This document shows, piece after piece, positions 20,601-30,015 of a stretch of DNA of 64,000 nucleotides. The stretch spans positions 192,001 through 256,000 of the forward strand of contig JBFMAF010000035.1 in NCBI GenBank assembly GCA_040755995.1, written 5' to 3'. The DNA is from Acidobacteriota bacterium. GTDB taxonomy: Bacteria; Acidobacteriota; CAIWXX01. Position 1 is the stretch's first letter. The number at the start of each line of letters is the position of its first letter. Below the pieces are notes generated by a model. It was not told the origin of the DNA and did not search any database. It saw only the letters and a list, made by a program, of their open reading frames with translations. The position numbers were made by a program, and so were the translations under genes.

Positions 20601-20927
20601 TACATCAACCGAGGTCGCAGGCAGGGGCTGTCGATGCTGGACGCGATGATCGAAGCCGGCAAGGTGCGTATCCGGCCGATTCTGATGACCACGGCCACCA
20701 CGCTTCTGGGGCTGCTGCCTATGGCGTTCAGCTCCGGAGAGGGCTCGGAGATCCGGGCGCCGCTGGCTATCACTGTCATCGGCGGCCTGACCGTCTCCAC
20801 CATCCTCACTATGATCATCATTCCGATTCTCTACAGCCTCACCGAACGTGAGGTTCCCGTGCCGGCGGCTGAGGTGGAGCAGGCATTGGAGAAGACCAGT
20901 CCTGTGATCCGGGCGCAGGAGGTGTAG
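17700..20927 (+). CDS. RND efflux permease subunit (AcrB/AcrD/AcrF family) 1
   Basis: 1075 aa; GMLVDDAIVVLE, KNGIILVD, RIRPILMTT. Confidence 0.95.
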   Translation: MKIAEISIRRPVTVGMITVAVLMFGLVAFGRLPLNLLPDISYPSLTVETKYSQAAPNEVENLVTKPIEEAVAVVSGVQRITSRSRAGVSEVIMEFGWGTNMDFASLDVREKIDLVQLPRDSEKPNVLRFDPSNDPILRVILSGGSNLVELRLFADKTIKKDLESLDGIAAVKINGGLEEEIQVHLDETRVAQLGLTVDDVSNTLARNNINIAGGSLYENEARYLVRTLNEFQTVAELNDLIVREDGGKRILLKDVASIERGTKEREVVTRINGQEGVELAIFKEGDANTVQVARAAKERLNAIEKSTESSQNKINMDVMFDQSKFIEQAIGEVRSNAILGGFIAVFILFFFLKEFRSTVIIGFSIPLSIIATFFVMYQLGIKLNIMSLGGLALGVGMLVDDAIVVLESVVRHYKMGKPLAIAAYDGTKEVGLAVTASTLTTVVVFLPISFIEGIGGQLFKDLAVTVTVSLLVSMISAFALIPMLFSRGVEQAQANPRQYRNRWSRGFFQTGPVAAMGFIRRASAGAGGVFQKVISPVVRLIDSGLGMFYRRYPAVLRSALRHRLTVLGAALALVVLSVALLGRLGVELIPPISQGEFSFEVSLPEGTPLPRTEATMKSIEAKVRALPEVDTCMILVGRNANVSWTSAESYENSAVVNIKVKGAKDMKVAENQAADDIRGILERYPDLQYKLQRPSLFSFRTPIEVEVYGDELGATSAAARTLEGKLKNIAGLTDLKSSWEEGSPEAHVVFNRDQLSRYNLNLEDVATTLKNKVMGAVASAFRQGDDQIDIRVWNAAQYRSSIEDLQNMTIAEINGRPVPLSAVASVQSGRGPNEIRRINQKRAIVVSANLSGASLGRVSREIEQVIQSADMPSKVTAVLGGQNEELQRSFRSLYLVAGLSIFLVYFVMAAQFESLKQPFILMFTVPLAVIGIAWILWVTRVDISVIVFMGFIVLAGIVVKNGIILVDYINRGRRQGLSMLDAMIEAGKVRIRPILMTTATTLLGLLPMAFSSGEGSEIRAPLAITVIGGLTVSTILTMIIIPILYSLTEREVPVPAAEVEQALEKTSPVIRAQEV

Positions 20928-20929
20928 TC

Positions 20930-23900
20930 GTGAGCCTCTCGAAGATAGCGATCCACCGCCCGATCACGACGCTGGTGTTTCTGACCAGCATAATGGTGAT
21001 CGGCGCGATTGCCGCCACCCGGATGAAGCTGGCGTACTTCCCGGACCTGGAGGCCCCGTTCATCCAGATCTTCGTCCCATACCCCAACTCGAGTCCCTCC
21101 CAGATCGAGAAGAACATCATCAAGCCGATCGAGGAGACGCTGGCGACGCTGTCCGGCATCAAGACCATGAATTCGACCGCGACTGCCGATGGGGCGTCGA
21201 TCAACCTGGAGTTCGATTGGGGGAAGAAGCTGGACTATATCCGCACAGAGGTGGACCAGAAGATCGAGCTTGTCAGAAAGGACCTCCCGGCCGACGTCGA
21301 ACGGATCAACGTCTTCAATTTCAGTACCAGCGACATCCCGGTGGTGCAGGCGCGCATCTCGGCACCGGGCGTCGATCTGGCCGGCAACTACGATCTGTTG
21401 GAGAAGCACGTGAAGGTGCCGATTCAGCGGATTCCGGGCGTGGCGAAGGTGGAGCTCGACGGCGTGCTTCCGAAAGCCGTGTATGTCGATCTGATCCTGG
21501 ACAAGCTGCGCGAGCACAATGTGGATGTCGGCCGTCTCGTCGACCGCCTGCAGAGAAACAACATCAACGTCAGCGTCGGGAAGGTGCGCAACGAGGACAG
21601 CGTCATCACCGTGCGCGCCCTCGGCTCGTTCTCAGACCTGCGGGCCATCGAAGCGATGCCGATCAATGACCAGGGGCTTCGCCTCCAGGACATCGCCGAG
21701 GTCACCTACCAGGAGCCCGCGATCGAGTACGGCCGCCATCTGAACCATTCATATGCGGTTGCCGTCCAGGTATTCAAGGAACCGACTGCGAACACCGTGG
21801 AAGTGGCTACGCAGGTGACCCACCTGATCAAGAACGTCTTCCCGAATGATCCGTACCTGCGGGGCATCAGCATGTTCGTCTTCGAGGATCAGGCGGCGGA
21901 GATCAAGAACGGGCTGAGCGGCATCACGGACGGCGGGCTATGGGGCGGGCTGTTCGCGATAATCATCCTGTTCGTCTTTCTCCGGCGGGTCGACATGACG
22001 CTGGTCGTCAGCACCGCCATCCCGATATCGATTTTGTGCGGCACGGCGTTCCTGTACTACTTCGGCTACACGCTCAACGTGATGTCCATGATGGGTCTGA
22101 TGCTCTCGGTGGGCATGCTCGTGGATGACGCGATCGTGGTGCTGGAGTCCATCTACAAGTGCCGCCAGGAAGGGCTCAACCGGATCGAGTCGGCCGAGAG
22201 AGGCACGAGGACCGTGGGACTTGCGGTGACGACTTCGACACTGACAACCATCATCGTCTTCCTCCCCCTCATCGTAGGGAAGAAGACGAACATCACCATC
22301 TTCCTGGCCGAGATCGGCGTCTCCATCACGATCACGATCCTCTGCTCGCTCGTTGTGTCTCTGACGCTGATCCCGCTGGTGACATCACGGTACCTGAAGG
22401 AGCACAAGGTCGAAGACGCGGGCTGGATCAGGTGGCTGAAGCGCTACTACCAGGCGGCACTCCGTTGGACGTTCCGGCATCGCTGGGCGACCGCCGGACT
22501 GGGGTGCCTGTTGGTGGTGAGCGCGATCCTGCCGAACATGCTCGGCCTGCAGACCGGAGTCTTTGCCGGCACCAACAACAAGCGCCAGCAGCTCATCTAC
22601 GATTTCTCGGATTTCACGTACAAGAGCGATGTCGAGAAGGTGGTGTCGAAGGCCGAGTCCTTCCTGGACACGCAGAACACGAAGGAGCTGCCGTTCGAAT
22701 CCGTGTATAGCTACTTCACAGACAGCGAGGCGTTCACAATCGTCACCTTCGCCAGGGACGATGTATCGGACGACGAGGCCAAGGCGTTCCGCAAGCGCAT
22801 TCGCGACACTATGCCCAAGTTCGGCGGCGTGAAGACCTACTTCGAGGATGAGAGCCAGGAGTCCGGAGGAGGCTCGACGTTCTTCTCGTTGTACCTGTAC
22901 GGCGAGGACCTGGAGCACCTCAAGAAGGTGGCGCGCGAGGCGGAGGTGCCCGTGGCGAGGGTCAAGGGTGTGGAGGACGTGCGGGTCGATGCGAACACCG
23001 GGCGCAAGGAAGTGCAGATGGTGCTGAATCGCGAGAAGGCCATGAAGGCGGGCATCACGCCCCAGGAGCTCGCGCAGATCATGATGTTCTGCCTCGGCGG
23101 CCAGCGCCTCCACCGGTACGTCACCCCGGAGAAAGAGATCGACATGATCCTGGGGCTGAGGGTCGAGGACCGCGAGAACATCGAGGACCTGAAGAACCTC
23201 CAGATCGGCACGCCGAGCGGACCGATCCAGCTCAGGTCCATCGTCGACTTTAACACGGTGGCCGGACAAAACCAGATCCAGCGGCAGAATCGCAAGAACT
23301 TCCTCTCGGTTCGAGCGGTTTACGAGGGGAAGGACTGGGACAAGGCCCGGGAAGAGATTGCCGGGGTCATGAATGCAGTCAATCTTCCACCGGGCTACTC
23401 CTGGAGCTTCGACAGGCGAGTGCAGAGGAGCGACGAGGACAACAAGATCATGATGGTCAATTTCGCGCTGGCGCTGGCGCTCGTCTACATCGTCATGGCC
23501 GCGCTGTTCGAATCGCTGGTCCACCCGGTGGCGATCATCATCTCGATTCCATTTGCCCTCATCGGCGTGCTCTGGCTGCTGCTTCTGACCGGCGCCCCGT
23601 TCAATCTGATGGCGCAGATCGGGCTGCTGATCCTGATGGGGGTCGTGGTGCGCAACGGAATCGTGCTGGTCGAACGGGTGCATCAGCTGCGTGAGGCCGG
23701 CCTGACGCGCGAACAGGCGCTGTTGCAGGCGGGCGACGACCGGCTGCGGCCGATCATCATGACCGCCGCCACCACGATCCTCGGCCTGGTGCCGTTGGCG
23801 CTCGGGCGCAGCGCACTGCTAGGGCTGAGCTACTACCCGCTGGCGCGCGCCGTAATCGGCGGCCTCACTGCGTCCACCGTGCTGACGCTCATCGTGCTGC

Positions 23901-24016
23901 CGTTCGTCTACACGCTCTTCGACGATGCCGCCGCCTGGGCCCGCCGCGTCTGGCTGCTCTCGCGCCCGGCGCAACCCGCGGCGGTTGCGGCGGAGCTGCC
24001 CATCGACAGGCCGTAA
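20930..24016 (+). CDS. RND efflux permease subunit (AcrB/AcrD/AcrF family) 2
   Basis: 1028 aa; GMLVDDAIVVLE, RNGIVLVE, RLRPIIMT. Confidence 0.95.
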   Translation: MSLSKIAIHRPITTLVFLTSIMVIGAIAATRMKLAYFPDLEAPFIQIFVPYPNSSPSQIEKNIIKPIEETLATLSGIKTMNSTATADGASINLEFDWGKKLDYIRTEVDQKIELVRKDLPADVERINVFNFSTSDIPVVQARISAPGVDLAGNYDLLEKHVKVPIQRIPGVAKVELDGVLPKAVYVDLILDKLREHNVDVGRLVDRLQRNNINVSVGKVRNEDSVITVRALGSFSDLRAIEAMPINDQGLRLQDIAEVTYQEPAIEYGRHLNHSYAVAVQVFKEPTANTVEVATQVTHLIKNVFPNDPYLRGISMFVFEDQAAEIKNGLSGITDGGLWGGLFAIIILFVFLRRVDMTLVVSTAIPISILCGTAFLYYFGYTLNVMSMMGLMLSVGMLVDDAIVVLESIYKCRQEGLNRIESAERGTRTVGLAVTTSTLTTIIVFLPLIVGKKTNITIFLAEIGVSITITILCSLVVSLTLIPLVTSRYLKEHKVEDAGWIRWLKRYYQAALRWTFRHRWATAGLGCLLVVSAILPNMLGLQTGVFAGTNNKRQQLIYDFSDFTYKSDVEKVVSKAESFLDTQNTKELPFESVYSYFTDSEAFTIVTFARDDVSDDEAKAFRKRIRDTMPKFGGVKTYFEDESQESGGGSTFFSLYLYGEDLEHLKKVAREAEVPVARVKGVEDVRVDANTGRKEVQMVLNREKAMKAGITPQELAQIMMFCLGGQRLHRYVTPEKEIDMILGLRVEDRENIEDLKNLQIGTPSGPIQLRSIVDFNTVAGQNQIQRQNRKNFLSVRAVYEGKDWDKAREEIAGVMNAVNLPPGYSWSFDRRVQRSDEDNKIMMVNFALALALVYIVMAALFESLVHPVAIIISIPFALIGVLWLLLLTGAPFNLMAQIGLLILMGVVVRNGIVLVERVHQLREAGLTREQALLQAGDDRLRPIIMTAATTILGLVPLALGRSALLGLSYYPLARAVIGGLTASTVLTLIVLPFVYTLFDDAAAWARRVWLLSRPAQPAAVAAELPIDRP

Positions 24017-24166
24017 CGGCGTAGGCGTTGGGTGGTGCCAGGGCGCGTGTGCCCGGGCCGTAGCGGTTTGCTGCGTGCACTCTGTGATGGCCGCCAGTCT
24101 AGATCTGGCCGAGCCGTAGGAATGTGTGCTATGTTTGGCATGAGGGAAAGGACGAGGAGCACCAGG

Positions 24167-24397
24167 ATGAACGCGCACATTGTCGAAGTCACGCAGGCCC
24201 AGGGACACCTCGACGACTTGGTTGACGAGGCCGTCAAGGGGATTGAGGTTGTCATCAGCCGGGCAGGACTCCCAGTGGCCAAGCTTGTTCCGTTCGTGAG
24301 TGCGGCCAAGGCACGACAGTTTGGGAGCGCGCGGGGTCTGCTAACCATCAGCGAGGATTTCGGAGCTCCGATCGAGGATTTTCGCGGCTACGTCTGA
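24167..24397 (+). CDS. Type II TA antitoxin, Phd/YefM family
   Basis: QAQGHLDDLVDEAVKGIEVVISRAGLPVAKLVP...FGSARG....EDFGAP; GAGGAG RBS; directly upstream of a PIN toxin. Confidence 0.85.
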   Translation: MNAHIVEVTQAQGHLDDLVDEAVKGIEVVISRAGLPVAKLVPFVSAAKARQFGSARGLLTISEDFGAPIEDFRGYV

Positions 24398-24409
24398 TCG
24401 AGGCCCTCC

Positions 24410-24796
24410 TTGAAAGCGCTACTGGACACCGAGGCATTCCTCTGGTTTCTGAGTGGGGATCCCCGCCTCAGCGCCTCTGCGCGCGGGATAATCGAGAAGC
24501 CAGAGAACGATATTCTGCTCAGCATAGCCAGCATCTGGGAGATTGCCATCAAGATGAGCATCGGCAAGCTGAATCTCTCCAGTCCTATCGACGAGTTCAT
24601 CCCTCAGCAACTCGCTCTCCAACACATCGGAGTGCTGAATCTCGAACTGCCACACGTCCTCCGCGTCGCGACACTACCGTTCCATCACCGCGACCCCTTC
24701 GACAGGATCCTGGTCGCTCAGGCACTCACCGAGAACCTGTCGATCGTATGCTCGGATGCAGCGTTCGACGCATATGGTGTCGGCAGGCTGTGGTGA
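24410..24796 (+). CDS. vapC: Type II TA toxin, VapC/PIN domain
   Basis: LLDTEAFLW, SIASIWEIAIK, LPFHHRDPFDRILVAQA. Confidence 0.92.
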   Translation: MKALLDTEAFLWFLSGDPRLSASARGIIEKPENDILLSIASIWEIAIKMSIGKLNLSSPIDEFIPQQLALQHIGVLNLELPHVLRVATLPFHHRDPFDRILVAQALTENLSIVCSDAAFDAYGVGRLW

Positions 24797-24960
24797 TTCT
24801 CGCTGTTCGACCGACTGGGCGACTTCAGCTTCCGCAGGCCGACGGAGGTCATTGCTCTCCCCGGAGCCCCTGCCGGGCTTGTCTGATTCCTATTACCTGT
24901 AGCCCCACTCACAGGTTCTGACGGGAGAGCTCTGCCCGCCTTCCCGCCTTCCAGGGACAC

Positions 24961-24989
24961 TTGACATCAAGGCACGTCAGCCCTACAGT
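24961..24989 (+). promoter_or_regulatory. Possible sigma70 promoter with no intact gene downstream
   Basis: TTGACA-N17-TACAGT. Confidence 0.4.
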
Positions 24990-25184
24990 CGAGCCGTGAT
25001 CCACTGCCAATCACAGCAGGTTCGTGGTCAAGCGGGGACACGATTCTCATGCCGCGTAAACGACCTGAGACGGCGGGTCGGGCACCACGGCTCACTCGCC
25101 GGCAGGGGGTGATCCGTGTCTAGACGTGCCAGATGGCACCGGGCTTTTCGACCGAGCCGAAATGACCGCCGCGATGGACGGAAT

Positions 25185-25800
25185 CAGAACGACTTGTTCC
25201 TCTGGGATGAGGCGCTGTACGCCGGGAGGATCATCGAACGCAAAACACTCGACCGTGCCTTCACACCGTTCAAGTTCAACGACGGCACGGAAGGGGGCGC
25301 CGCATGCGGGTGGGGTGTTAGCCAGCTGCGCGGCCACCGCGCGCTGATCCATGTCGGCGGAATGCCGGGCTTCTGGTGCTATGGGCTGACGATGCCTGAG
25401 GAGCGCGTGTTCGTGGTGATCCTCTCGAATGGGCCGGGTCGACCCCCAGGGCCGTCGAACCTCGCCGCTCAGCTTGCTGCGAACGCGTTGGGTGAGCCGT
25501 ATGAGGCGCCCCACCCGGTGGAGTTGAGCGAAAGCCTGCTGGGAGCGTTGGCCGGCAAGTACCAGGTGGAGTCGGAACACGACCAGCAGGAGTTGGAGAT
25601 ACGGCTGGAAGGCCCCCGTGTGATACTCCTGGGGCTGGGACCGAAAACGATGGAACTCCTGCCGCTGTCGGAGACTGAACTCTACGTGAAGGAACGCTTC
25701 CCGACGCGAATCCTGGTCGTGAACTACGGGCGTGGCGGAGTTCACGCTGGACAGGCCGCTGGGACATCCCCTGACATTCACGAAGATCGGACAGAGGAAC
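25185..25800 (+). pseudogene. C-terminal remnant of a serine hydrolase (beta-lactamase family, DUF3471-like tail)
   Basis: DLFLWDEALYAGRII...GWGV..LRGHRALIHVGGMPGF......PEERVFVVILSN...LAGKY; no N-terminal SxxK region and no credible start; boundaries approximate. Confidence 0.7.
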
Positions 25801-26505
25801 GAGTAGACGGCACCTGCCCTGTCCGTCGCGCGGGACGGAACTGGTCGATCGCCTGGATCTCGGCCCCATGCCGCGCTCCTCACCTCCTCCCTCTACGGCT
25901 GCGCCATGCAGATATTCGGTCACGAGCGCGGAGTGCTAGCTGCCGATGCCCGCCAGATCCTGTTCGAAGATCCCGAAGCCACGCTCGTCAGCAAGGACAA
26001 CTGCCGGCCCAAGTCACCTCCGCGGCCCTATGATTCGACAATGACTTGCTCGCTCGCGCCCAGCCAACAACTTCCCGAGCCCCATCGGGTATGTGCGCAT
26101 GTACCCGACGGGGCTCGGGTTCGTTCTGGCGGTGACCTCTTACTACGTTCGTGGTATTCCTCTGGTAGAGGCCAAGAAGCAGAGTCTCATATCCTGGCGT
26201 CCATCGGGTCCGATGCGGCCCGTCCCGCCTGCGGCGTCAGCGATAGGTGAAAGTCCAGAGTGTCGTCGATGTGACGCTGCTCGTGACCTCCACATCGGCA
26301 GTGCCAGTGCCGGCAGGGCTGCGGGGCGCGGCCCCGGGTCACGGCTGGCCAAGCTGCCGGCTTCGACGTCCGCCACGTCCGCCGGGTCCTTCAAGCCGGG
26401 AGAAGACGTCCTGATCGAGCCGGGTCCCTGATCCGATGGGATTCTTGCCGTGCTGCGGCGGGGCGGGGTCCCGACGCGGAAGGTGCCCAGACATGTGGGA
26501 CGCGT

Positions 26506-26815
26506 TCACTCATCCCCTTTCTTGTAGCCCGCCAGCTTCCTCCAGAGTGTGGTCCTCGGGACGCCCAGGATCTGCGCCGTCAGGCCCTTGTTGTATCCGG
26601 TCTTCTCCAACACACGAATGATGTGTCGCTTCTCCGTCTCCACCAGCGTCGAACCCCTCCCTCCTTCGACCGTGTCGAACTCGAGCTGTTGGAGGTCATC
26701 CGGCAGGTCCTGCTGGCGGATCTGCTCGGCATCGGTCAGCGCCACGGCGTGCTGGATGATGTTCTCCAACTCCCGGATGTTCCCCGGGAAGTGGCATACG
26801 CTCAGGATCCGAAAG
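26506..26815 (-). pseudogene. 3' remnant of a sigma54-dependent activator (end of AAA+ plus HTH)
   Basis: FPGNIRELENIIQHAV...EKRHIIRVLEKTGYNKGLTAQILGVPRTTLWRKL; no Walker A or GAFTGA upstream. Confidence 0.8.
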
Positions 26816-26829
26816 ACCCGATCCGCGAC

Positions 26830-27273
26830 CGAGTCCGATGCCTTGTCATTGAATCGTGGGAACACCTTACGGACGATGGCGAGGAGGTCCCCGACGAGGT
26901 GATTCAGCGAACACTCGAGTGGCGTGCCAGCGGCGATCAATATGTGGTCGATACTGCAGCGCTGGCGCTCACTGGGTACGGAATCCCAGGGCACCAGGAC
27001 CGTGCGATCGAGGCCTTGCGGCGCTGTCCCGCACTGCCGGCTGTCGTCGAACGAACGACCAAGCAGGCTGACACATGTGAATACCACGAAATGTACTTCC
27101 TGCAAATCAACGACCACCTCGTGTAACAGCTCCGACAAATGCTCCTGGCCGAGAAGGACCTCGCCCGTATACTCGAGGAGAACCACTCAGAGGAGGCGAG
27201 GCGAGCGCTGGAGGAGTTGAGGGTCGCACATCGGAACCCCGACATCCGCCAGGCACTCCAGAAGAACAGGTGA
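26830..27273 (+). pseudogene. Remnant of a helical hypothetical protein with an internal TAA
   Basis: Protein-like frame ...QINDHLV*QLRQMLLAEKDLARILEENHSEEARRALEEL...QKNR*; TAA at 27124-27126; 5' limit approximate. Confidence 0.45.
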
Positions 27274-27284
27274 GGGAGTCTTGC

Positions 27285-27890
27285 CTATCGCAGGCCGTCC
27301 TCCCGCGGACTTGAGCACTCTTTTAAGCCGGCCAGCTCTCGGTACCGGAAGCAGTCGGTGGTGTGGTCGTTCACCATGCCCGTTGCCTGCATGTGCGCGT
27401 AGCAGATGGTAGGGCCAACGAAACGAAAGCCGCGGCGCATGAGGTCCTTGCTCAGGGCCCGCGACTCCTGCGTCTCCGAGGGGATCTCAGCGAGCGTCTT
27501 CCACGCGTTGATCTTCGGCCTGCCACCCACAAATTGCCAGACATATGCATCGAAGCTGCCGAATTCCTCCTGAACCTTGAGGAAGCACTTCGCATTTCCA
27601 ATCGCAGCCGCGATCTTTCCCCGGTTCCGTATGATGCCGGCGTCTCCCAGCAGTTTCGCGACCTTTGCCTGGCCGTACCGGGCGACCTTGCACGGGTCGA
27701 AGTTGTCGAACGCGCGCCTGTAGGTTTCGCGCCTCCTGAGGATAGTTGCCCAACTCAGTCCAGCCTGTGCTCCTTCCAGCACCAGGAACTCGAACAAGAG
27801 GCGGTCGTCGTGGACCGGCACGCCCCATTCGGTGTCGTGGTAGGCGATGTACATTGGATCGGACGTGCCCCATGCGCACCGTACGAGCAT
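27285..27890 (-). CDS. tag: DNA-3-methyladenine glycosylase I
   Basis: RCAW, YHDTEWGVP, LEGAQAGLSWATIL, IIRNRGKI, FRFVGPTICYAHMQATGMVNDHTTDC. Confidence 0.95.
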   Translation of the reverse strand: MLVRCAWGTSDPMYIAYHDTEWGVPVHDDRLLFEFLVLEGAQAGLSWATILRRRETYRRAFDNFDPCKVARYGQAKVAKLLGDAGIIRNRGKIAAAIGNAKCFLKVQEEFGSFDAYVWQFVGGRPKINAWKTLAEIPSETQESRALSKDLMRRGFRFVGPTICYAHMQATGMVNDHTTDCFRYRELAGLKECSSPREDGLR

Positions 27891-28131
27891 GCTACCTCCT
27901 CTCGGAATCCCCGGGCATGCTAGCGGCCGCCTTGGAAGCTTGTCAACCTCAGGCGGTGGGAAGTGGGAGTGGAGGCGTTCTCGAAGGGCCCGTCAGCGCG
28001 CCGGCGAGAGGGCGCGCGACGCGCACCCCTACATCTCGGGGTGTCGCTTACGGGCTCGGTGGTGTGGCCGTGACTGCGAACGCTCGGCCGGCGGGCATCG
28101 GGAGACGGGCGATCCTTGCTGGCGCCAGCTT

Positions 28132-29673
28132 TTAGTGCGCGAAAACTTCGCCGAAATTGTCACCGGGTTCGGCCGCGCCCAGTATCTCGTGGATCGTCCG
28201 GGGATAGTTACCCTCGAAGAAATCCAGCAGAGCAGTCCATTGGATGATCGGTGTCTCCGACATGGGGTCCGGATGTTCGACGATCGCAATATTTCTAACG
28301 ACGGCGACGGCGCCCGCGTCGGTGACTTGCAATAGATTGTGCTTGTACGGGATGTCATAGAACGGCACGCCCACTGCCAGGTCGAAGACGCCTCGTCCCT
28401 CGAAGTCGTCCGTCGCCAGCGCACAGCCCGGCCTGGCCGTTGGAAACTGCCAATCATCACTCAGATTGAGCCCCGGCAGCAGATACTCCACGATCTCTTT
28501 CGGTGTATCTTGAAGCCCGTCCGAGCTGCCGGAGTACACCTGCACGCCGCTCAGGTACCAGTGCTGGAACCTCAATACAAGGTCGTCCGCCCCGTTATTG
28601 TCGAAATCCGCGCCGGCGATATCCGGCATCGGCGCATAGAATTCCTGCGTGCTCTCCGAGATCAGTCCATCGGTCCTGCCGTAGATGACGTGGACGCTGC
28701 CGTCGCCCGGGGCTCCCACCACCAGTTCGTCGCAGCCGTCCCCATCGAAGTCTCCGCTTCCCAGGACACTGCCGTACCGGTCCCCTGCACTGGCCGTGTT
28801 TCCCGCCCCGTCCGTGATCTGGGTCCAGACCTGGTTACCATCTCCAACGAGACCTGTGCCGGATCTGCCGAAAATCACGCTGACTGCGCCGAACGCCACC
28901 CAGTCGACGCCCTCTTCACCGGGGGCTCCCACCGCGAGATCGGCTGTCCCATCGCCGTTGAAGTCGCCGGTGGCGAGCGCAGACCCGAATTGATCACGGT
29001 ACTCGCTTGTCTCACGAAGCCCGTTCACACCTTGCTGCCACAGTTCAATTCTCGTCATCCCGCGACGCGACCCGTACCAGGCAACCACGACACCTCGTCC
29101 GGAGCCGACGGCGTTCTCGGGCCATCTGATCGCATCGGGTGCGCCCACGGCGATGTCTTCGAAGCCGTCTGAGTCGAAATCCCCCGCGGCGAGGGCCGCC
29201 CCGAAGAGGCTGCCTGTGCGCAGCGAGTTGAACCAGTAGAGAAAGCTGCACCGCGATCCGGAGAGACCCCTTCGGCCGCCGTAGAATATCACCAGGTCCC
29301 CGGCGTCCCGCTGTCGAGGTTGGTCGAAATACGGCGCGCCGACCGCCAGGTCCGTGAAACCGTCGCCGTTGAAGTCGCCGGCCGCGAGTGCCTTGCCGAA
29401 CTGCGCCCCCTTCTGCGCAATCCCAGCTACGCCCCTGGTGTTATGGGTGAAGAACACATTGCCGTGTGCGGACAGGCCATCCGCCGAACCGTAGATGACG
29501 TTGACGGCTCCCGCGTCTGTTGCCCTTCCCTCGTCCTCGTGGGGAACCCCCACAGCGAGATCGGCGTAGCCGTCGCCGTTGAAATCGATGCGGGGCGCGG
29601 CTCCCAGCTGACCTGCCACACAAAGGGCGATGGCCGCGAGTATCACGCTTCCTTTCCTACGCGACTTGTCCAT
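28132..29673 (-). CDS. Secreted FG-GAP (integrin-alpha-like) repeat protein
   Basis: Signal peptide; repeated FGxALAAGDFNGDGxxDLAVGAP. Confidence 0.9.
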   Translation of the reverse strand: MDKSRRKGSVILAAIALCVAGQLGAAPRIDFNGDGYADLAVGVPHEDEGRATDAGAVNVIYGSADGLSAHGNVFFTHNTRGVAGIAQKGAQFGKALAAGDFNGDGFTDLAVGAPYFDQPRQRDAGDLVIFYGGRRGLSGSRCSFLYWFNSLRTGSLFGAALAAGDFDSDGFEDIAVGAPDAIRWPENAVGSGRGVVVAWYGSRRGMTRIELWQQGVNGLRETSEYRDQFGSALATGDFNGDGTADLAVGAPGEEGVDWVAFGAVSVIFGRSGTGLVGDGNQVWTQITDGAGNTASAGDRYGSVLGSGDFDGDGCDELVVGAPGDGSVHVIYGRTDGLISESTQEFYAPMPDIAGADFDNNGADDLVLRFQHWYLSGVQVYSGSSDGLQDTPKEIVEYLLPGLNLSDDWQFPTARPGCALATDDFEGRGVFDLAVGVPFYDIPYKHNLLQVTDAGAVAVVRNIAIVEHPDPMSETPIIQWTALLDFFEGNYPRTIHEILGAAEPGDNFGEVFAH

Positions 29674-30015
29674 TCGCTTCCGTCCTTTCTCACCCTGTCA
29701 GACCGCTGGGCTGCGGGAACGTACTAGGCATGGGGGAGCGGGACGCCAATCATTGTGATCCCCGTCACCCGGCGAAGTGCCTTGGCGATGCTCCTGCCAG
29801 TTAGCAAAAGCTGACGCAGGCGCGGGGCGGGAGCAGAGAAAGCTAACGTGGGAAGGGCCGGAGCGGGGAGCAGCTGCAGATGGCAGGCGCGGGCGACTGC
29901 CTGATCTGGCCTACGCTTCCGTCTGCGTCACGGTGCGGACGAGATGGTTGCTCGGTCCGGGCACATTTCTTGCTCCGGACTTGGTAGGCTAGACGCGGGA
30001 ACAAAGAGGTTGCGC

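Noticed and set aside
26240..26270. GAAAGTCC resembling the RNase P RNA motif
   Set aside because: Flanking conserved RNase P elements are absent
26816..27186. Full 226-aa ORF 26506-27186 as an intact sigma54 activator
   Set aside because: The N-terminal part lacks AAA+ motifs and reads as the antisense of another remnant
29785..29801. GG-N10-GC element upstream of the FG-GAP gene
   Set aside because: Poor match at -12 (TCGC); likely chance in GC-rich DNA
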